Assembly (NCBI GenBank): GCA_023141075.1
Contig: JAGLKL010000001.1
Location: 1 to 33,191 of the forward strand
DNA: 33,191 nucleotides
Origin: Alphaproteobacteria bacterium
GTDB lineage: Bacteria > Pseudomonadota > Alphaproteobacteria > Micavibrionales > Micavibrionaceae
Reading direction: 5' to 3'
Part shown: one piece after another, positions 8,983 through 18,815 of the stretch
Position numbering within the stretch: the first letter of the stretch is position 1
How the letters are laid out: the number at the start of each line of letters is the position of its first letter
Notes under the pieces: generated by a model
What the model was told of the DNA's origin: nothing
Seen by the model: the letters and a program-made list of their open reading frames with translations, nothing else
The model's database searches: none
Program-made: the position numbers and the translations under genes

Positions 8983-9272
8983 TAGTATATATCTCCTTAC
9001 GCAATCGCTCTGCATTAATTACAACATATTTAGTGAGCATCACGCAAATTTAAAACACATTCACCGCATTGTGTAACAATCATACCGGAATTTAGTTAAA
9101 ATTTTATCAATAATTATAGGTTTCCTAACCATATTCCTCTATGCGGTCAGTACAAAAAGCACAGCCACATGATCATTGCCTAATATAATTATCTCATTTT
9201 CTATCTATAGCCGGAATTATCCATCTATTTATTTAAGGTATGTTTTACGCCAATTTACTTAATAATTCAATA

Positions 9273-10604
9273 TTATTGAGTAACATTTCCTTCAGAACCA
9301 AACACACCCCAGCCCTCTTTTTTCTTGGCCACCTCTTTAATGCGTCCTAATCCCCTGATTTTGTTTCCAGGTTCTACAGCTTCTATATTGCCGGAAACCG
9401 TGTCATACAAGACAGCACGTCCCGGACGGATGCTGCGAATCTCCCATTGTGGTTTTGGCACCGCTTTTTCAATTTTTTGCACTGTAACAGCAGCAGTGTC
9501 GGCGTTAGTTTTTTCTTTTTCAGCTTCAACAGCCTTTATCTCAGCAGCTCTACGAGCGGCTTCTTCCTGTGCTTTAGCTCTCGCTTCAGCTTCAGCCTCT
9601 GCCTCTATTCTCCGGTGTTTCTCTTCCAGAATATCTTGTGATTCGGTCTCATTTTCGTCATTTGCTCTATTTATCAGTTCAACTACCGAAGCCATATCAT
9701 CCGAATCGTCTGGTTCATCGAAAAGAAAACCATCATCAAGAACCTGTAATTTCTGCATTTCAGATGATTCTATGATAGTGACATCTTCCCCATCCGTTTC
9801 GTTTTCACTGACCACTACCGGCAAGGACGCATCTTCCGGCTCTTCGTCAAATAAATTATCCTCAGAAAACGGGTTGGTAACGCTCTCACTATCCATAAAT
9901 TCCGAATTATTAGATAATTCAAGCCCTTCAACCCCCTTATCACTTAATTGCGCTTGCTCAAGAGGGGGGCGCTCGGTTTTCATCTCATCAAGATCAAAAG
10001 GCAGCGGGGTCAATACAGAGGTATCGCTAAGCTCTTGCTCTACAGGCTTTATTTCATCAACCCGTTTTTGCGCCTCATCAATGAAATTATCGTCATTTTG
10101 CTCTTCTGGAGAACCTGTCAGTTTAACAATGGGGATTGGAGTAGGTGCCAATGACTGGCGCAATGTATTATAGACTGTAAGGCCAACGATTAGAAGAATA
10201 GTCAAAACAATGCCTAATAAAATAAAAGGCTTTTTCTTTTTCTTTATTCTTGGCGGTTGTTTGGATTCCGGTTTCAGATCTTCGTCCGGTATTTGCTCTA
10301 AATTTTCTTGTATCTGAGTTTCCTGTTTTGTCCCGAGGGCTTCTTCAACAATGGCGGATGGCGAAACAGGAGGAGAATCGACTGGGATAGCTTCCTCCGT
10401 GGTGCTGTCCATTTCCCCTTTTTCTGTATCGGCAGCAGGACCCTGATCTTCTTGGAGGGGGGCATCATCTACGGGACTTTGTTCCAGATATTCATCATCG
10501 TCCCATTCTTCATCAAAACCGAACTCGTCTTCAAATTCGAGATCATCGTCAAATTCTTCTGGGTTGTTATCGGAAACGTCTGAATTTTTGCTGGAACCAG
10601 GCAT
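9273..10604 (-). CDS. dotF: DotF/IcmG-like bitopic T4BSS protein with expanded acidic regions
   Basis: 443 aa. It has a single TM helix (FILLGIVLTILLIVGLTVY), long D/E-rich stretches and an AEAEAEARAKAQEEAARRAAE helix. The C-terminal domain is WEIRSIRPGRAVLYDTVSGNIEAVEPGNKIRGLGRIKEV. It occupies the position between dotG and icmC. Confidence 0.6.
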   Translation of the reverse strand: MPGSSKNSDVSDNNPEEFDDDLEFEDEFGFDEEWDDDEYLEQSPVDDAPLQEDQGPAADTEKGEMDSTTEEAIPVDSPPVSPSAIVEEALGTKQETQIQENLEQIPDEDLKPESKQPPRIKKKKKPFILLGIVLTILLIVGLTVYNTLRQSLAPTPIPIVKLTGSPEEQNDDNFIDEAQKRVDEIKPVEQELSDTSVLTPLPFDLDEMKTERPPLEQAQLSDKGVEGLELSNNSEFMDSESVTNPFSEDNLFDEEPEDASLPVVVSENETDGEDVTIIESSEMQKLQVLDDGFLFDEPDDSDDMASVVELINRANDENETESQDILEEKHRRIEAEAEAEARAKAQEEAARRAAEIKAVEAEKEKTNADTAAVTVQKIEKAVPKPQWEIRSIRPGRAVLYDTVSGNIEAVEPGNKIRGLGRIKEVAKKKEGWGVFGSEGNVTQ

Positions 10605-10683
10605 AAGAATTATCCCATTTTTAGACTTTGCTTTTTACAAATTTTAAAAAAGGGGACACGAAATCAACCGGAACCCGTTTTTG

Positions 10684-11946
10684 CTAAATGTCTCCGCTAT
10701 CTTCGACGTTTTCTGCAAAGAAAAGACCAATTGGTGTACCGGCAGCAATAACGATTTTGATTTCAACATCAGCTATATCATCGACGATCCCCGAAATTTT
10801 TGAACCAACCATTGCTACACCGGCAGCGATTTCCTGTTCATCGGTCGATTCTTCTTCTCCCTCAACCACAGCATCGCCGTCTACATACACGGTTGTTGCA
10901 CCGGATTCCTCAATTGCCTCAGAATAACCTCGAATAAATTCGGCAGCAGCAGGAAGAATGATCCGCTTGAAATAACGGTGGTCAATATCTGTTCTCATAG
11001 CGGGCAGGCCACTGTCAGGATTAAGCATAATGGCTTCAACTTCATACTGCTTTCCCTCGTCGTTCACAGCCATGTCAAAAGTAATAGCAAGCATGTCTGC
11101 ATCATCCATGACCGTGAAACTACCAAGAAGTTTCCAGCCTTTCAGAGGGCCGCTGACCACTTGTGCCATAACCTTCATAGGAATATCAGAATTAGCCTCC
11201 AGCAAAAGCTGGCCATAATAAATACTACCGGCAGCGATAATTATTTCGATATCATCCACTTCGTTAAAAGGCGCGTCTCCGCCGCCACTGCCGCCACTCC
11301 CGTTCGCCTGCTGTCCATTCAAATCGACATCATCATCATTATAAGTAATGAGTGTCTTACTACTCATCGTCACTGTTCCCGATGTCTTGGAAAGAACAGA
11401 CTGCATCTGCTTGGACATGGAGTCTGCCATATTTCTGACAGCCTCGTCTTGTTGCTCAGCGTCAAGCACTGTGACCGGTTCTCCTTCAACCTTGTGCGCC
11501 CTAATCTGACGTTCCACACGTTCTTCTTGGAGCATACGCCATCTATGCAGAGGGTCTTCAGTCTCTTCCTCTATCTCAGGCACTTCAAGACGTGTATCTG
11601 GTGTTTCAATAGGCACGGGGATCGCACTACCGCCTTCGGCGATTGCGCGGTCAAGGTCGGCTTCGTTTTGCTGTTCCACAGCTTCAATATATGCCGGGGC
11701 GATTTCTTCATCCGCACCCGGGATTGAGGTCACCTGAGATCCACCGGGCACAACGGAGTGTCTCTCTTTTTCTTCTTCACCGCCGAAGAACATCATAACG
11801 CCGATAATAAAAGCCAAAACAACAAAAACGACACCAACTTTTGCAAGAGCGCTTCGTCTAATAGCATTACCCAAGCCGGATTTCTGAGAAAACTCATCAA
11901 AACCTTCGTCAGAATCGATTATATCTTCGTCTAGATCATCATTCAT
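10684..11946 (-). CDS. dotG: DotG/IcmE (VirB10/TrbI-like C-terminal domain), short form
   Basis: 420 aa with one TM helix (VGVVFVVLAFIIGVMMFF). The C-terminal block AAGSIYYGQLLLEANSDIPMKVMAQVVSGPLKGWKLLGSF...DSGLPAMRTDIDHRYFKRI is typical of VirB10/TrbI. The start overlaps the dotH stop by 8 nt (ATGAATGA). Confidence 0.75.
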   Translation of the reverse strand: MNDDLDEDIIDSDEGFDEFSQKSGLGNAIRRSALAKVGVVFVVLAFIIGVMMFFGGEEEKERHSVVPGGSQVTSIPGADEEIAPAYIEAVEQQNEADLDRAIAEGGSAIPVPIETPDTRLEVPEIEEETEDPLHRWRMLQEERVERQIRAHKVEGEPVTVLDAEQQDEAVRNMADSMSKQMQSVLSKTSGTVTMSSKTLITYNDDDVDLNGQQANGSGGSGGGDAPFNEVDDIEIIIAAGSIYYGQLLLEANSDIPMKVMAQVVSGPLKGWKLLGSFTVMDDADMLAITFDMAVNDEGKQYEVEAIMLNPDSGLPAMRTDIDHRYFKRIILPAAAEFIRGYSEAIEESGATTVYVDGDAVVEGEEESTDEQEIAAGVAMVGSKISGIVDDIADVEIKIVIAAGTPIGLFFAENVEDSGDI

Positions 11947-12973
11947 CTAACAAATCCTCACGCGCAGTAAGATGGGCACGAACCATACGTCCCCGATCAG
12001 ATAGTAAAATCACAGGTGTTTCTTCCAGAGCGTATATTTTTGTTCCATCCGCAGATGTTACAGAGCTATCCCAGCCTGGTGACAGAAGTGTTAAAGGTGT
12101 TCTTACATAAGTCATACCATTATACACATACGCAGTTGTGCGCCCGTCAACACCAAAGACATCCAGTATATTAGCTCCATCGGGGACAACACCGCCCAAA
12201 GCAATAGACATATCCGGATCGCCGGAGGACAGAGTAACACCATTACTTATCAGTGGCATTTTGGCACCCGGACCCCGTTTGGGGACAACAGCATCAAAGC
12301 GGTAATGAACAACATCTCTTCCTGTTTCAAAAGTCATAATAACAGGAGCATCCAGACCGACCAGACGCATGGAAACATTCCCATGAGCAAATTTACTCTT
12401 CGGTGAAAGTCTCAACATGTGTGTTACTTCATAAACAGTTGATTCTTCAACGTTAAAATCACCAACCCAGCTAATATCTTCGATTGGCCATGGTGCGCCG
12501 GTGGAATCTAAAATGCTAAGTGTTGTCACATATCCGAATGCAAGCTTTACGATCAAAGGAGCAACGCCCGGATCAAGAGAAATATTTTGCACAACCGACT
12601 CAGGACGCGGATACGGGTGAACAGGAAGCTCAGTCGATTCCACGGTTCGGTCATAACGCTCAAGCACGGATCTGATTTCCGAAGGTTTCAAAGGCATGAG
12701 CCGTTTTAAAGCCTGATCAAAAGCCTCTTTTCTGAAAGAGTCTTCGAGCTCGTCAGCAGACTTCTCAAATTCAAACCCGTTATCATCGAAACCGAATGTA
12801 TCGGCTTCTAATGTATCATCGGGCAGGACGTCTATTTTCGGCATGTCAGAGGTTTCAGGTTGAGCCAGTGCAGGGACAGCTAACGCAACTGAACATGCCA
12901 ACATAAGGCCGAAAGTCACAATTTTAGTGTCAAAGGTTGACCTCATTGTGTAAAAAAAGTTTGTATAATGCAT
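11939..12973 (-). CDS. dotH: DotH/IcmK outer-membrane-associated T4BSS core protein
   Basis: 344 aa with a signal-like N-terminus (LMLACSVALAVPALAQ). Conserved core: PYPRPESVVQNISLDPGVAPLIVKLAFGYVTTLSILDSTGAPWPIEDISWVG. The start is uncertain; an alternative ATG lies at 12946. Confidence 0.8.
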   Translation of the reverse strand: MHYTNFFYTMRSTFDTKIVTFGLMLACSVALAVPALAQPETSDMPKIDVLPDDTLEADTFGFDDNGFEFEKSADELEDSFRKEAFDQALKRLMPLKPSEIRSVLERYDRTVESTELPVHPYPRPESVVQNISLDPGVAPLIVKLAFGYVTTLSILDSTGAPWPIEDISWVGDFNVEESTVYEVTHMLRLSPKSKFAHGNVSMRLVGLDAPVIMTFETGRDVVHYRFDAVVPKRGPGAKMPLISNGVTLSSGDPDMSIALGGVVPDGANILDVFGVDGRTTAYVYNGMTYVRTPLTLLSPGWDSSVTSADGTKIYALEETPVILLSDRGRMVRAHLTAREDLLDE

Positions 12974-13078
12974 GAATCTTTTTAACCCAGATACTCATAA
13001 AAACGTGTCAAGGGTACATGGAATTTTCAAGGTTGTCACGTATTATCCACAGAAAGTACAAAAAAACCTTGTAAACAT

Positions 13079-13732
13079 CTAACGCGCCATAGCAATCCAC
13101 TGTTCAATTCCCACCCCGTTAGAACTTTCAAGGCGCGGAACTCGTACGACGATAACCGTTACAAGAAGTCCCGTATTGGAAGTTTTTGTCCCTGACCTGT
13201 ATGTCAGAACCAGCGGAATTTGTACGACCCACTGATACCGTCCGGCCACCAGACCTTCCGATTGCAGAATCGGGGCACCTTTAGGTGCAGCAGTAATAAG
13301 CTGCTGATGCACTTCAACCATTTCAATAATACGCGAGCGTTGTAGCGCCTGAGTAAAACTTTCCCACCCTCGCTTGGTAAAATTACGGGAAGATTCTTGC
13401 AGCCGACGCCGATAATCGTTAAAGCCAAAAGTCATCACCTCGGTCGTGGCCTGTGCCACCCAGGACATCAGCGCGGGCGTACTCAAGTTTGGTTCACCCA
13501 ATGGTACCATCGGCACCAGACGCCCATCTTCGGTCGTAGCAAAATAGAAGTTCTGAGGCTGATTTACTTTAATAGTGTAATACATAGCTCCAACTAACCC
13601 GAGGATTACAATACTCTGTATTAGGGTCATCTTTAGAAGACTTCTATATCCATCCCTGTAAAACTCATTGCGAATAACAACGGTTCCCAACCCGGAGATG
13701 GACTTTTTTTTATCGGATTCTTTTTCTGTCAT
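13079..13732 (-). CDS. dotI: DotI/IcmL inner-membrane T4BSS protein
   Basis: 217 aa containing VIRNEFYRDGYRSLLKMTLIQSIVILGLVGAMYY (the IcmL-type N-terminal helix) and a periplasmic domain. It is the first gene of the block, as with icmL-icmK-icmE in known loci. Confidence 0.85.
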   Translation of the reverse strand: MTEKESDKKKSISGLGTVVIRNEFYRDGYRSLLKMTLIQSIVILGLVGAMYYTIKVNQPQNFYFATTEDGRLVPMVPLGEPNLSTPALMSWVAQATTEVMTFGFNDYRRRLQESSRNFTKRGWESFTQALQRSRIIEMVEVHQQLITAAPKGAPILQSEGLVAGRYQWVVQIPLVLTYRSGTKTSNTGLLVTVIVVRVPRLESSNGVGIEQWIAMAR

Positions 13733-13778
13733 ATTGCCTTCTTGATCGTGTTAAAAAAATTACGAACTTTTCACCATT

Positions 13779-13800
13779 GCTTAGGGTCTAAACCCATAGC
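13779..13800 (-). repeat. Motif C copy (minus strand: GCTATGGGTTTAGACCCTAAGC)
   Basis: Contains the small hairpin-capable core GGGTTTAGACCC, 47-68 nt upstream of the dotI ATG on the coding strand. Confidence 0.8.
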
Positions 13801-13993
13801 TTTTACCAATTCTGTATATAACTGATCTTTGAGCACAAAACTCAAAACAATCGCTCACACTTTAAAGATGCATTGTGTCGCAAAAAAACTTTTTACACAA
13901 TAACCCTGTGACGATATTTGCTCAAAAATTATCAAAAAACCCCAATTAATTTTCACTCAATATCATTATCCGTATTTCAGAGCTGGACATAAC

Positions 13994-14012
13994 ACGTGAC
14001 TACACTACCTAA
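13994..14012 (+). promoter_or_regulatory. Motif B copy 1 (ACGTGACTACACTACCTAA)
   Basis: The 19 nt are exactly identical to the reverse complement of 24384-24402. It lies 164 nt upstream of the first paralogue gene, in the same orientation relative to that gene as copy 2 is to icmT. Confidence 0.75.
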
Positions 14013-14175
14013 GTATAAGAAATATTTAGTGCCTTTTTTAAATAGCCTGTGATAAGCTACCACGCGATGTTACAAACGATTAACTTCAATACGATCTAGA
14101 TTTTAAAATTCGTTGAAAAAACATCGAAAATAAGGCAGCATAAGACACGATACTTACCGATTTAAGAGTTTTTTG

Positions 14176-15738
14176 ATGATTGATGCAGGTGATGCAAAAC
14201 AGACAAATAAGCCAATATGGTATGAATTCGGAAGTCTTTTTGTAAAGCTTTCGCTTTTTCTGGCCGTATTTTCTTTCAGCTTGACGGCAGTTCCACGAGT
14301 TACTTTAGCGTGCTGTACCGGGTGTCCGGATGTCGGTGCGGCAGTAGCGTATGTTGCTCAGTCTCATGTTGATTTGATTAATAACACGTGGCAAGAGTGG
14401 GATGATGACACAGACGCCTATGAAAACTGGCTGATAGACACGTTTCTTAATAAGGAAGTCGCTGTCGCGTCGGCTCTGATGGTTACTCAGATGTCTGCCA
14501 TAGCCATGCAATATACCCAGATTATCGGAGCATTTCTGGATGCGCAGACGCAACTCGAGACGCAGCGTGTTCTACGCCATCTTCAATATGAAGCGCACAG
14601 AGATTATATTCCCAGCGAAACCTTTTGTTATTTTGGTACAAACGTCAGAAGTCTAGGTGGATCAGAAGAAAAAGGGCGCTTAAATGCATTGATCTTATCG
14701 AGTATGTCTTTAGATCGGCAAATGGGTAATGTACATATGGCCGGAAGCATTGACTTTGGAGATGATCGAAAGTCCCGCTGGCATCAGTTTGTCCACACAT
14801 ATTGTGACCCTCTGGACAATAACTTTCAAGATGAAGTCGGTAACGCTGCGCTTGTAATGACGCTGGTCAGCCCTCTTAATTTAGCTGCAGGCACCATGTC
14901 CAGAACAGGGTTGGTTCTGGCATGTGATCATAACGGATCAGGCTCTGGTAACGATATCGGTGCGGATGATGAGCATCGCTTTAACCGCGACATCAACTAC
15001 ACGCGCTTGATTGAAAAACCGCGGACTTTGGAAATTGATTTATCGGATGATACAATGGACAGCTCTATAGATCCGGTAGACATGTTTTACGTTGGCCCGA
15101 TTAACCAGCCGGGCGATGAAGAAGATATTATTGCTATGTCCAAAAACCTTTACGGACACAACATTTTATCCCGTAGACTAACAAAAGTGCCGTTATCACG
15201 GTATGATGCAAGAAGGCTATATCTTGCATTGCGCGGTGTCGCTGCAAAAAGGAACGTTGCGCAAGCTAGTTACAACGCTATCGTGGCTCTGAAATCTGCG
15301 GGAACGGCACATGAGATGGAAAATGGCTTCGTTCCGGTTATAGTGCCGCCGTTTTCAGCAACCGTGTTGGAAACAAAACAAAGTCGGCGTTTTTTGGCAG
15401 CGGTTATTGACCAGCTTTTACCGAAGGATCCCGCATTGAGTGGATCAAATATATTCAGCCTGATCGGCTATAGTCCAAGTTATTTCTCACAACTGGAAAT
15501 ACTTGCCAAGCGCATCTATCAGAATCCGAGCTTTTATGCCGACTTATATGAATCGCCGACGAACGTTGCACGTAAAAAAGTGGCAATGAAGGCTATTGAA
15601 CTTATGGTCGACCGGGCAATATATGAAAGCCAGGTTCGCCGGGAAATGAGTATCTCTGTTTTATTGTCCAGCAAACTAAGGGCGTTACATCGTGATGCAA
15701 ACAAAGCCCTGTCAGGGGCGGTAGGACAAGAGGATTAA
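14176..15738 (+). CDS. T4BSS-linked secreted Cys-cluster protein, paralogue 1 of 5 (possible IcmX/TraW-like; family not recognised)
   Basis: The tracked ORF starts at TTG 14173; the ATG at 14176 is preferred, with AAGAG upstream. A hydrophobic N-terminal segment ends in TLA-CCTGC. All seven conserved blocks of the paralogue family are present, including SPSYFSQLEILAKRIYQNPSFYADLYESPTNVARKKVAMKAIELM. Confidence 0.8.
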   Translation: MIDAGDAKQTNKPIWYEFGSLFVKLSLFLAVFSFSLTAVPRVTLACCTGCPDVGAAVAYVAQSHVDLINNTWQEWDDDTDAYENWLIDTFLNKEVAVASALMVTQMSAIAMQYTQIIGAFLDAQTQLETQRVLRHLQYEAHRDYIPSETFCYFGTNVRSLGGSEEKGRLNALILSSMSLDRQMGNVHMAGSIDFGDDRKSRWHQFVHTYCDPLDNNFQDEVGNAALVMTLVSPLNLAAGTMSRTGLVLACDHNGSGSGNDIGADDEHRFNRDINYTRLIEKPRTLEIDLSDDTMDSSIDPVDMFYVGPINQPGDEEDIIAMSKNLYGHNILSRRLTKVPLSRYDARRLYLALRGVAAKRNVAQASYNAIVALKSAGTAHEMENGFVPVIVPPFSATVLETKQSRRFLAAVIDQLLPKDPALSGSNIFSLIGYSPSYFSQLEILAKRIYQNPSFYADLYESPTNVARKKVAMKAIELMVDRAIYESQVRREMSISVLLSSKLRALHRDANKALSGAVGQED

Positions 15739-15838
15739 TTACAAATCAAGTAATATAGTTATTGATACCGAATTATGAGTTCAACAGCACGTTAGAAAAA
15801 AAGAAGTATAAAAGGTAAAATTTAGTAGGACGAAAACA

Positions 15839-17284
15839 GTGTTTATCTGGAGCAAACATAAAAAAGAGACAGGCGAGCAGGGCGATCAACGTAAACCCGG
15901 AGGGCGTACGTTCAGACGTTTCGTCAGTACGCTGCTTGTTATCTCGCTACTATTTGGTTCTGCTCTAACAGTAAAACCGGAACCTGTGTACGCGGCGTTG
16001 TGTATCCCTTGTGCAGGATGCACGCCAGGGGATTTAGTGCTTACACTGGCAGGGCTGGTTATCCTTAATCTTATATGGGAGCCCATCATCGTCGACGATA
16101 TTACTTATATCATTAACCTTGAATATGAATTTCTCAATGAGACCTTTTTTGAGGATTTTTGGATTAAAGCTATGGCCGAGCTAACAGAGTATTTGAGCGC
16201 TTATGGTCTATATCAGGCAGAAATGGTTGGTTCTTTTTTCGATGCTAAAAATCAGCTTGAAACCAGCCGCTTGATATTCAAACTACAGGCCGAAGCGCAT
16301 AGAGACTATCATCCAAGCGACGATTTTTGCTGGATCGGAACCAATGCCAGAAGCCTCGCATCGTCAGAAAGCCTGTCACGTTTGAATATGTTAGCTATGT
16401 CAAAAATAGCTATGGATCGTCAGTTAGGTAAGCAAAACACGTCTTCCGGACATGATGATATCGGCGACCCGACAGGCCGTTGGCACCAATTCGTTGATAC
16501 ATTCTGTGATGAAAAAGACAATGCTTGGGATGAACCTGATTCCGGGCTGGAGCGTGCTTGTGATCATGACGGTAGCGGAGTCGGTGTGATTCTGGGTGCC
16601 AATGACCGCTCAAAGGTTAACATAGATCTGGATTATACCCGGTTAATAGAAATCCCGCGCACTCTGGAGATCAATTTTACGGATGCGACCATTCCGCCGG
16701 CAGTACCTGTTCCGTCCACGCTTGACGAAGAAGCCATACTGGCGATGTCTTCAAACCTGTATGGGAACGTAATATCTTCACGAACGATCAATTATGACAA
16801 AATGCATGACTATACAGCCGCCCGCAGTTTGTATCTGGATCAGCGTGCTGTCACGACCAGACGCGGCATAGCCCAAAACAGTTTTAATGCGATTGTGTCA
16901 ATGAAATCATCTGGCACAAGCAGTGCGACTACGGGCGCGGACACAGCCTCTTTTATGGCAGCAATATTACAGGAGCTTATGCCGGTCGGTACTCCGGATG
17001 ATGAGATTTTCGAGGTTCTTGGCGAAAACCCAAGCTATTATGCACAATTGGAAATGCTCTCCAAAAAAATATACGAAAACCCGAAATTCTTCGCAAAATT
17101 GTATGATACACCAGCGAACGTAGCACGTAAGGGAGTAGCAATGAAAGCAATCGAGCTTATGATCGATAGAGCTTTATTTGAAAGTGAGCTGCGTCAGGAG
17201 ATGTTGCTTTCTGTTATGTTGTCTACGGAGCTGGATCAGAAATTCCGTCGTGTTAACAAAGGCATGACAGGGAAGGATGATTAG
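15839..17284 (+). CDS. T4BSS-linked secreted Cys-cluster protein, paralogue 2 of 5
   Basis: GTG start with AGGA 9 nt upstream. N-terminal anchor followed by VYAALCIPCAGC. Contains QLETSRLIFKLQAEAHRDYHPSDDFC and NPSYYAQLEMLSKKIYENPKFFAKLYDTPANVARKGVAMKAIELM. Confidence 0.8.
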   Translation: MFIWSKHKKETGEQGDQRKPGGRTFRRFVSTLLVISLLFGSALTVKPEPVYAALCIPCAGCTPGDLVLTLAGLVILNLIWEPIIVDDITYIINLEYEFLNETFFEDFWIKAMAELTEYLSAYGLYQAEMVGSFFDAKNQLETSRLIFKLQAEAHRDYHPSDDFCWIGTNARSLASSESLSRLNMLAMSKIAMDRQLGKQNTSSGHDDIGDPTGRWHQFVDTFCDEKDNAWDEPDSGLERACDHDGSGVGVILGANDRSKVNIDLDYTRLIEIPRTLEINFTDATIPPAVPVPSTLDEEAILAMSSNLYGNVISSRTINYDKMHDYTAARSLYLDQRAVTTRRGIAQNSFNAIVSMKSSGTSSATTGADTASFMAAILQELMPVGTPDDEIFEVLGENPSYYAQLEMLSKKIYENPKFFAKLYDTPANVARKGVAMKAIELMIDRALFESELRQEMLLSVMLSTELDQKFRRVNKGMTGKDD

Positions 17285-17286
17285 CA

Positions 17287-18780
17287 ATGAGAAAGCCTAT
17301 GAACAGGGATACAGCCAAAGAAGCCTCATTGTTTAGCAATGCTAAGGCAAGAATTGCGTGGGAGGGGAGAATTCTTGCCGGGAGGGTTATATGGTTACTG
17401 CACCCGGTTTTGATATGTTGTCTGGTATTTTCTTTGGCCTTTATTATGCCGCGTCAGGCCAAGGCGTGTGTGCCTTGTGTAACGTGGCTCGGGATGTGGG
17501 ACAACGCGCTGTTATGGGACAAAACGGAAGATGTGCTTGATGAACACATTAATGATGAGTTCATGGAGCTTGAGCAATATATTTTAGGACATATATGGAT
17601 GAACACTGTTTTACCGGCAATGATGTTGTCCACTGAACAGCTTTCAGCGGTTGCAATACAGCAGGCAATGGCCATCGGTATGTTTCTTGATGCGGAGATA
17701 CAACTGGGGTCGCAAAGATTATTGCAGGAAATTCAGGCACAAACCTACAAAGATTTCCAACCAAGTCTTGGTATGTGTGAATTTGGCTCTTTATCAAAAG
17801 GTCTGGCTAACGCCGATATTCATGGAGATACATATGCTGTCATTTTCAGCGAGCGTTCTCAGGATCGCCAACTGGGTAAAGGAGACACGGCAGGGACATA
17901 TGGTCATGATCTGGATCAGAACAATCGTATTGTGCATTTCAAACAGCTGTTCTGTAACCAGAAAGACAGAGATGCCGCACTGGAAACTGTCTGCGCTAAT
18001 GTCACAGCGTGGGACAATGATGCTGACTTTAATGCCGCTGCGCGCAAACGCATGAACATGGACATTGATTATTACACACTTGTTGATAAGCCATGGACTC
18101 TCAAGATCGACTTTTCGAATCAGGAAATTCTAGACATAGCTGCAATCCCGGAAATACATAATGAGGATGAAGAGCATATTCTGGCCATGGTCGCTAATTT
18201 GTTCGGCCACGTTACGTTTGCACGACCCCCGGCAAAGCTCCTGGCCAATAAACCGGATAAAAAAGACTTGAACATTATGCAAGAACTATATCAGGATATG
18301 CGTGCAGTTGTTGCAAAACGCTCTGTCGCAGAAAACAGTTTGTTTTCTATTGCGTCCATGAAGGCTCAATCACCGCGCGTACTTGACAAATATGTCAGTG
18401 GCCCGGCCACGACTGACAGGATCCAGACAAGCGCAAGGCTTTATATGGAGAACATTTTGATAGGACTAGGTGTTCCCGTTACTGAGCTGTTATTGTTGAT
18501 GGACGAAAATCCCAGCTATTACGCCCAGATGGAAATATTGACGAAAAAGATATATCAGAACCCGAATTTCTTCACTAATCTTTATGATACACCGGCGAAC
18601 GTGGAGCGGAAAACAGTGGCTTTGCAGGCCATTAAACTTATGCAAAAATTTGATATGCTCAAAAGTCATTTGCGCGGTGAAGCCAATGTCTCGATATTAC
18701 TGGAAATGGCTGTAGAGGAATTACAAAGAGAAGTGGAAGATGAAATTCAGGCTATAAGTAAAAATGAAACCAACCAATAA
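17287..18780 (+). CDS. T4BSS-linked secreted Cys-cluster protein, paralogue 3 of 5
   Basis: The ATG lies 2 nt after the paralogue 2 stop, with GGAAGGA upstream. N-terminal anchor followed by AKACVPC. Contains NPSYYAQMEILTKKIYQNPNFFTNLYDTPANVERKTVALQAIKLM. Confidence 0.8.
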   Translation: MRKPMNRDTAKEASLFSNAKARIAWEGRILAGRVIWLLHPVLICCLVFSLAFIMPRQAKACVPCVTWLGMWDNALLWDKTEDVLDEHINDEFMELEQYILGHIWMNTVLPAMMLSTEQLSAVAIQQAMAIGMFLDAEIQLGSQRLLQEIQAQTYKDFQPSLGMCEFGSLSKGLANADIHGDTYAVIFSERSQDRQLGKGDTAGTYGHDLDQNNRIVHFKQLFCNQKDRDAALETVCANVTAWDNDADFNAAARKRMNMDIDYYTLVDKPWTLKIDFSNQEILDIAAIPEIHNEDEEHILAMVANLFGHVTFARPPAKLLANKPDKKDLNIMQELYQDMRAVVAKRSVAENSLFSIASMKAQSPRVLDKYVSGPATTDRIQTSARLYMENILIGLGVPVTELLLLMDENPSYYAQMEILTKKIYQNPNFFTNLYDTPANVERKTVALQAIKLMQKFDMLKSHLRGEANVSILLEMAVEELQREVEDEIQAISKNETNQ

Positions 18781-18815
18781 GGCTGAACAAGAAAGTCACA
18801 AGGCTGTTAGGAACT

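Noticed and set aside
8983-9015. 11-codon extension of the IcmC-like ORF (MQSDCVRRYIL)
   Set aside because: AAGGAG lies within this stretch at the ideal distance from the ATG at 8982, and the signal-like sequence starts there.
9325-10173. 282-aa Ser-rich plus-strand ORF (with smaller ones at 9447-9641, 9948-10154 and 10308-10583)
   Set aside because: It is antisense to the Glu/Asp-rich dotF gene. GAA/GAT-rich coding sequence automatically yields open Ser/Phe-rich frames on the opposite strand.
10978-11727. 249-aa plus-strand ORF inside dotG, and similar long antisense ORFs at 22556-22990, 26742-27212, 29546-30145 and 30461-30976
   Set aside because: Each overlaps a minus-strand gene that has recognisable family motifs and operon context. 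None has its own motif content or a plausible translation start.
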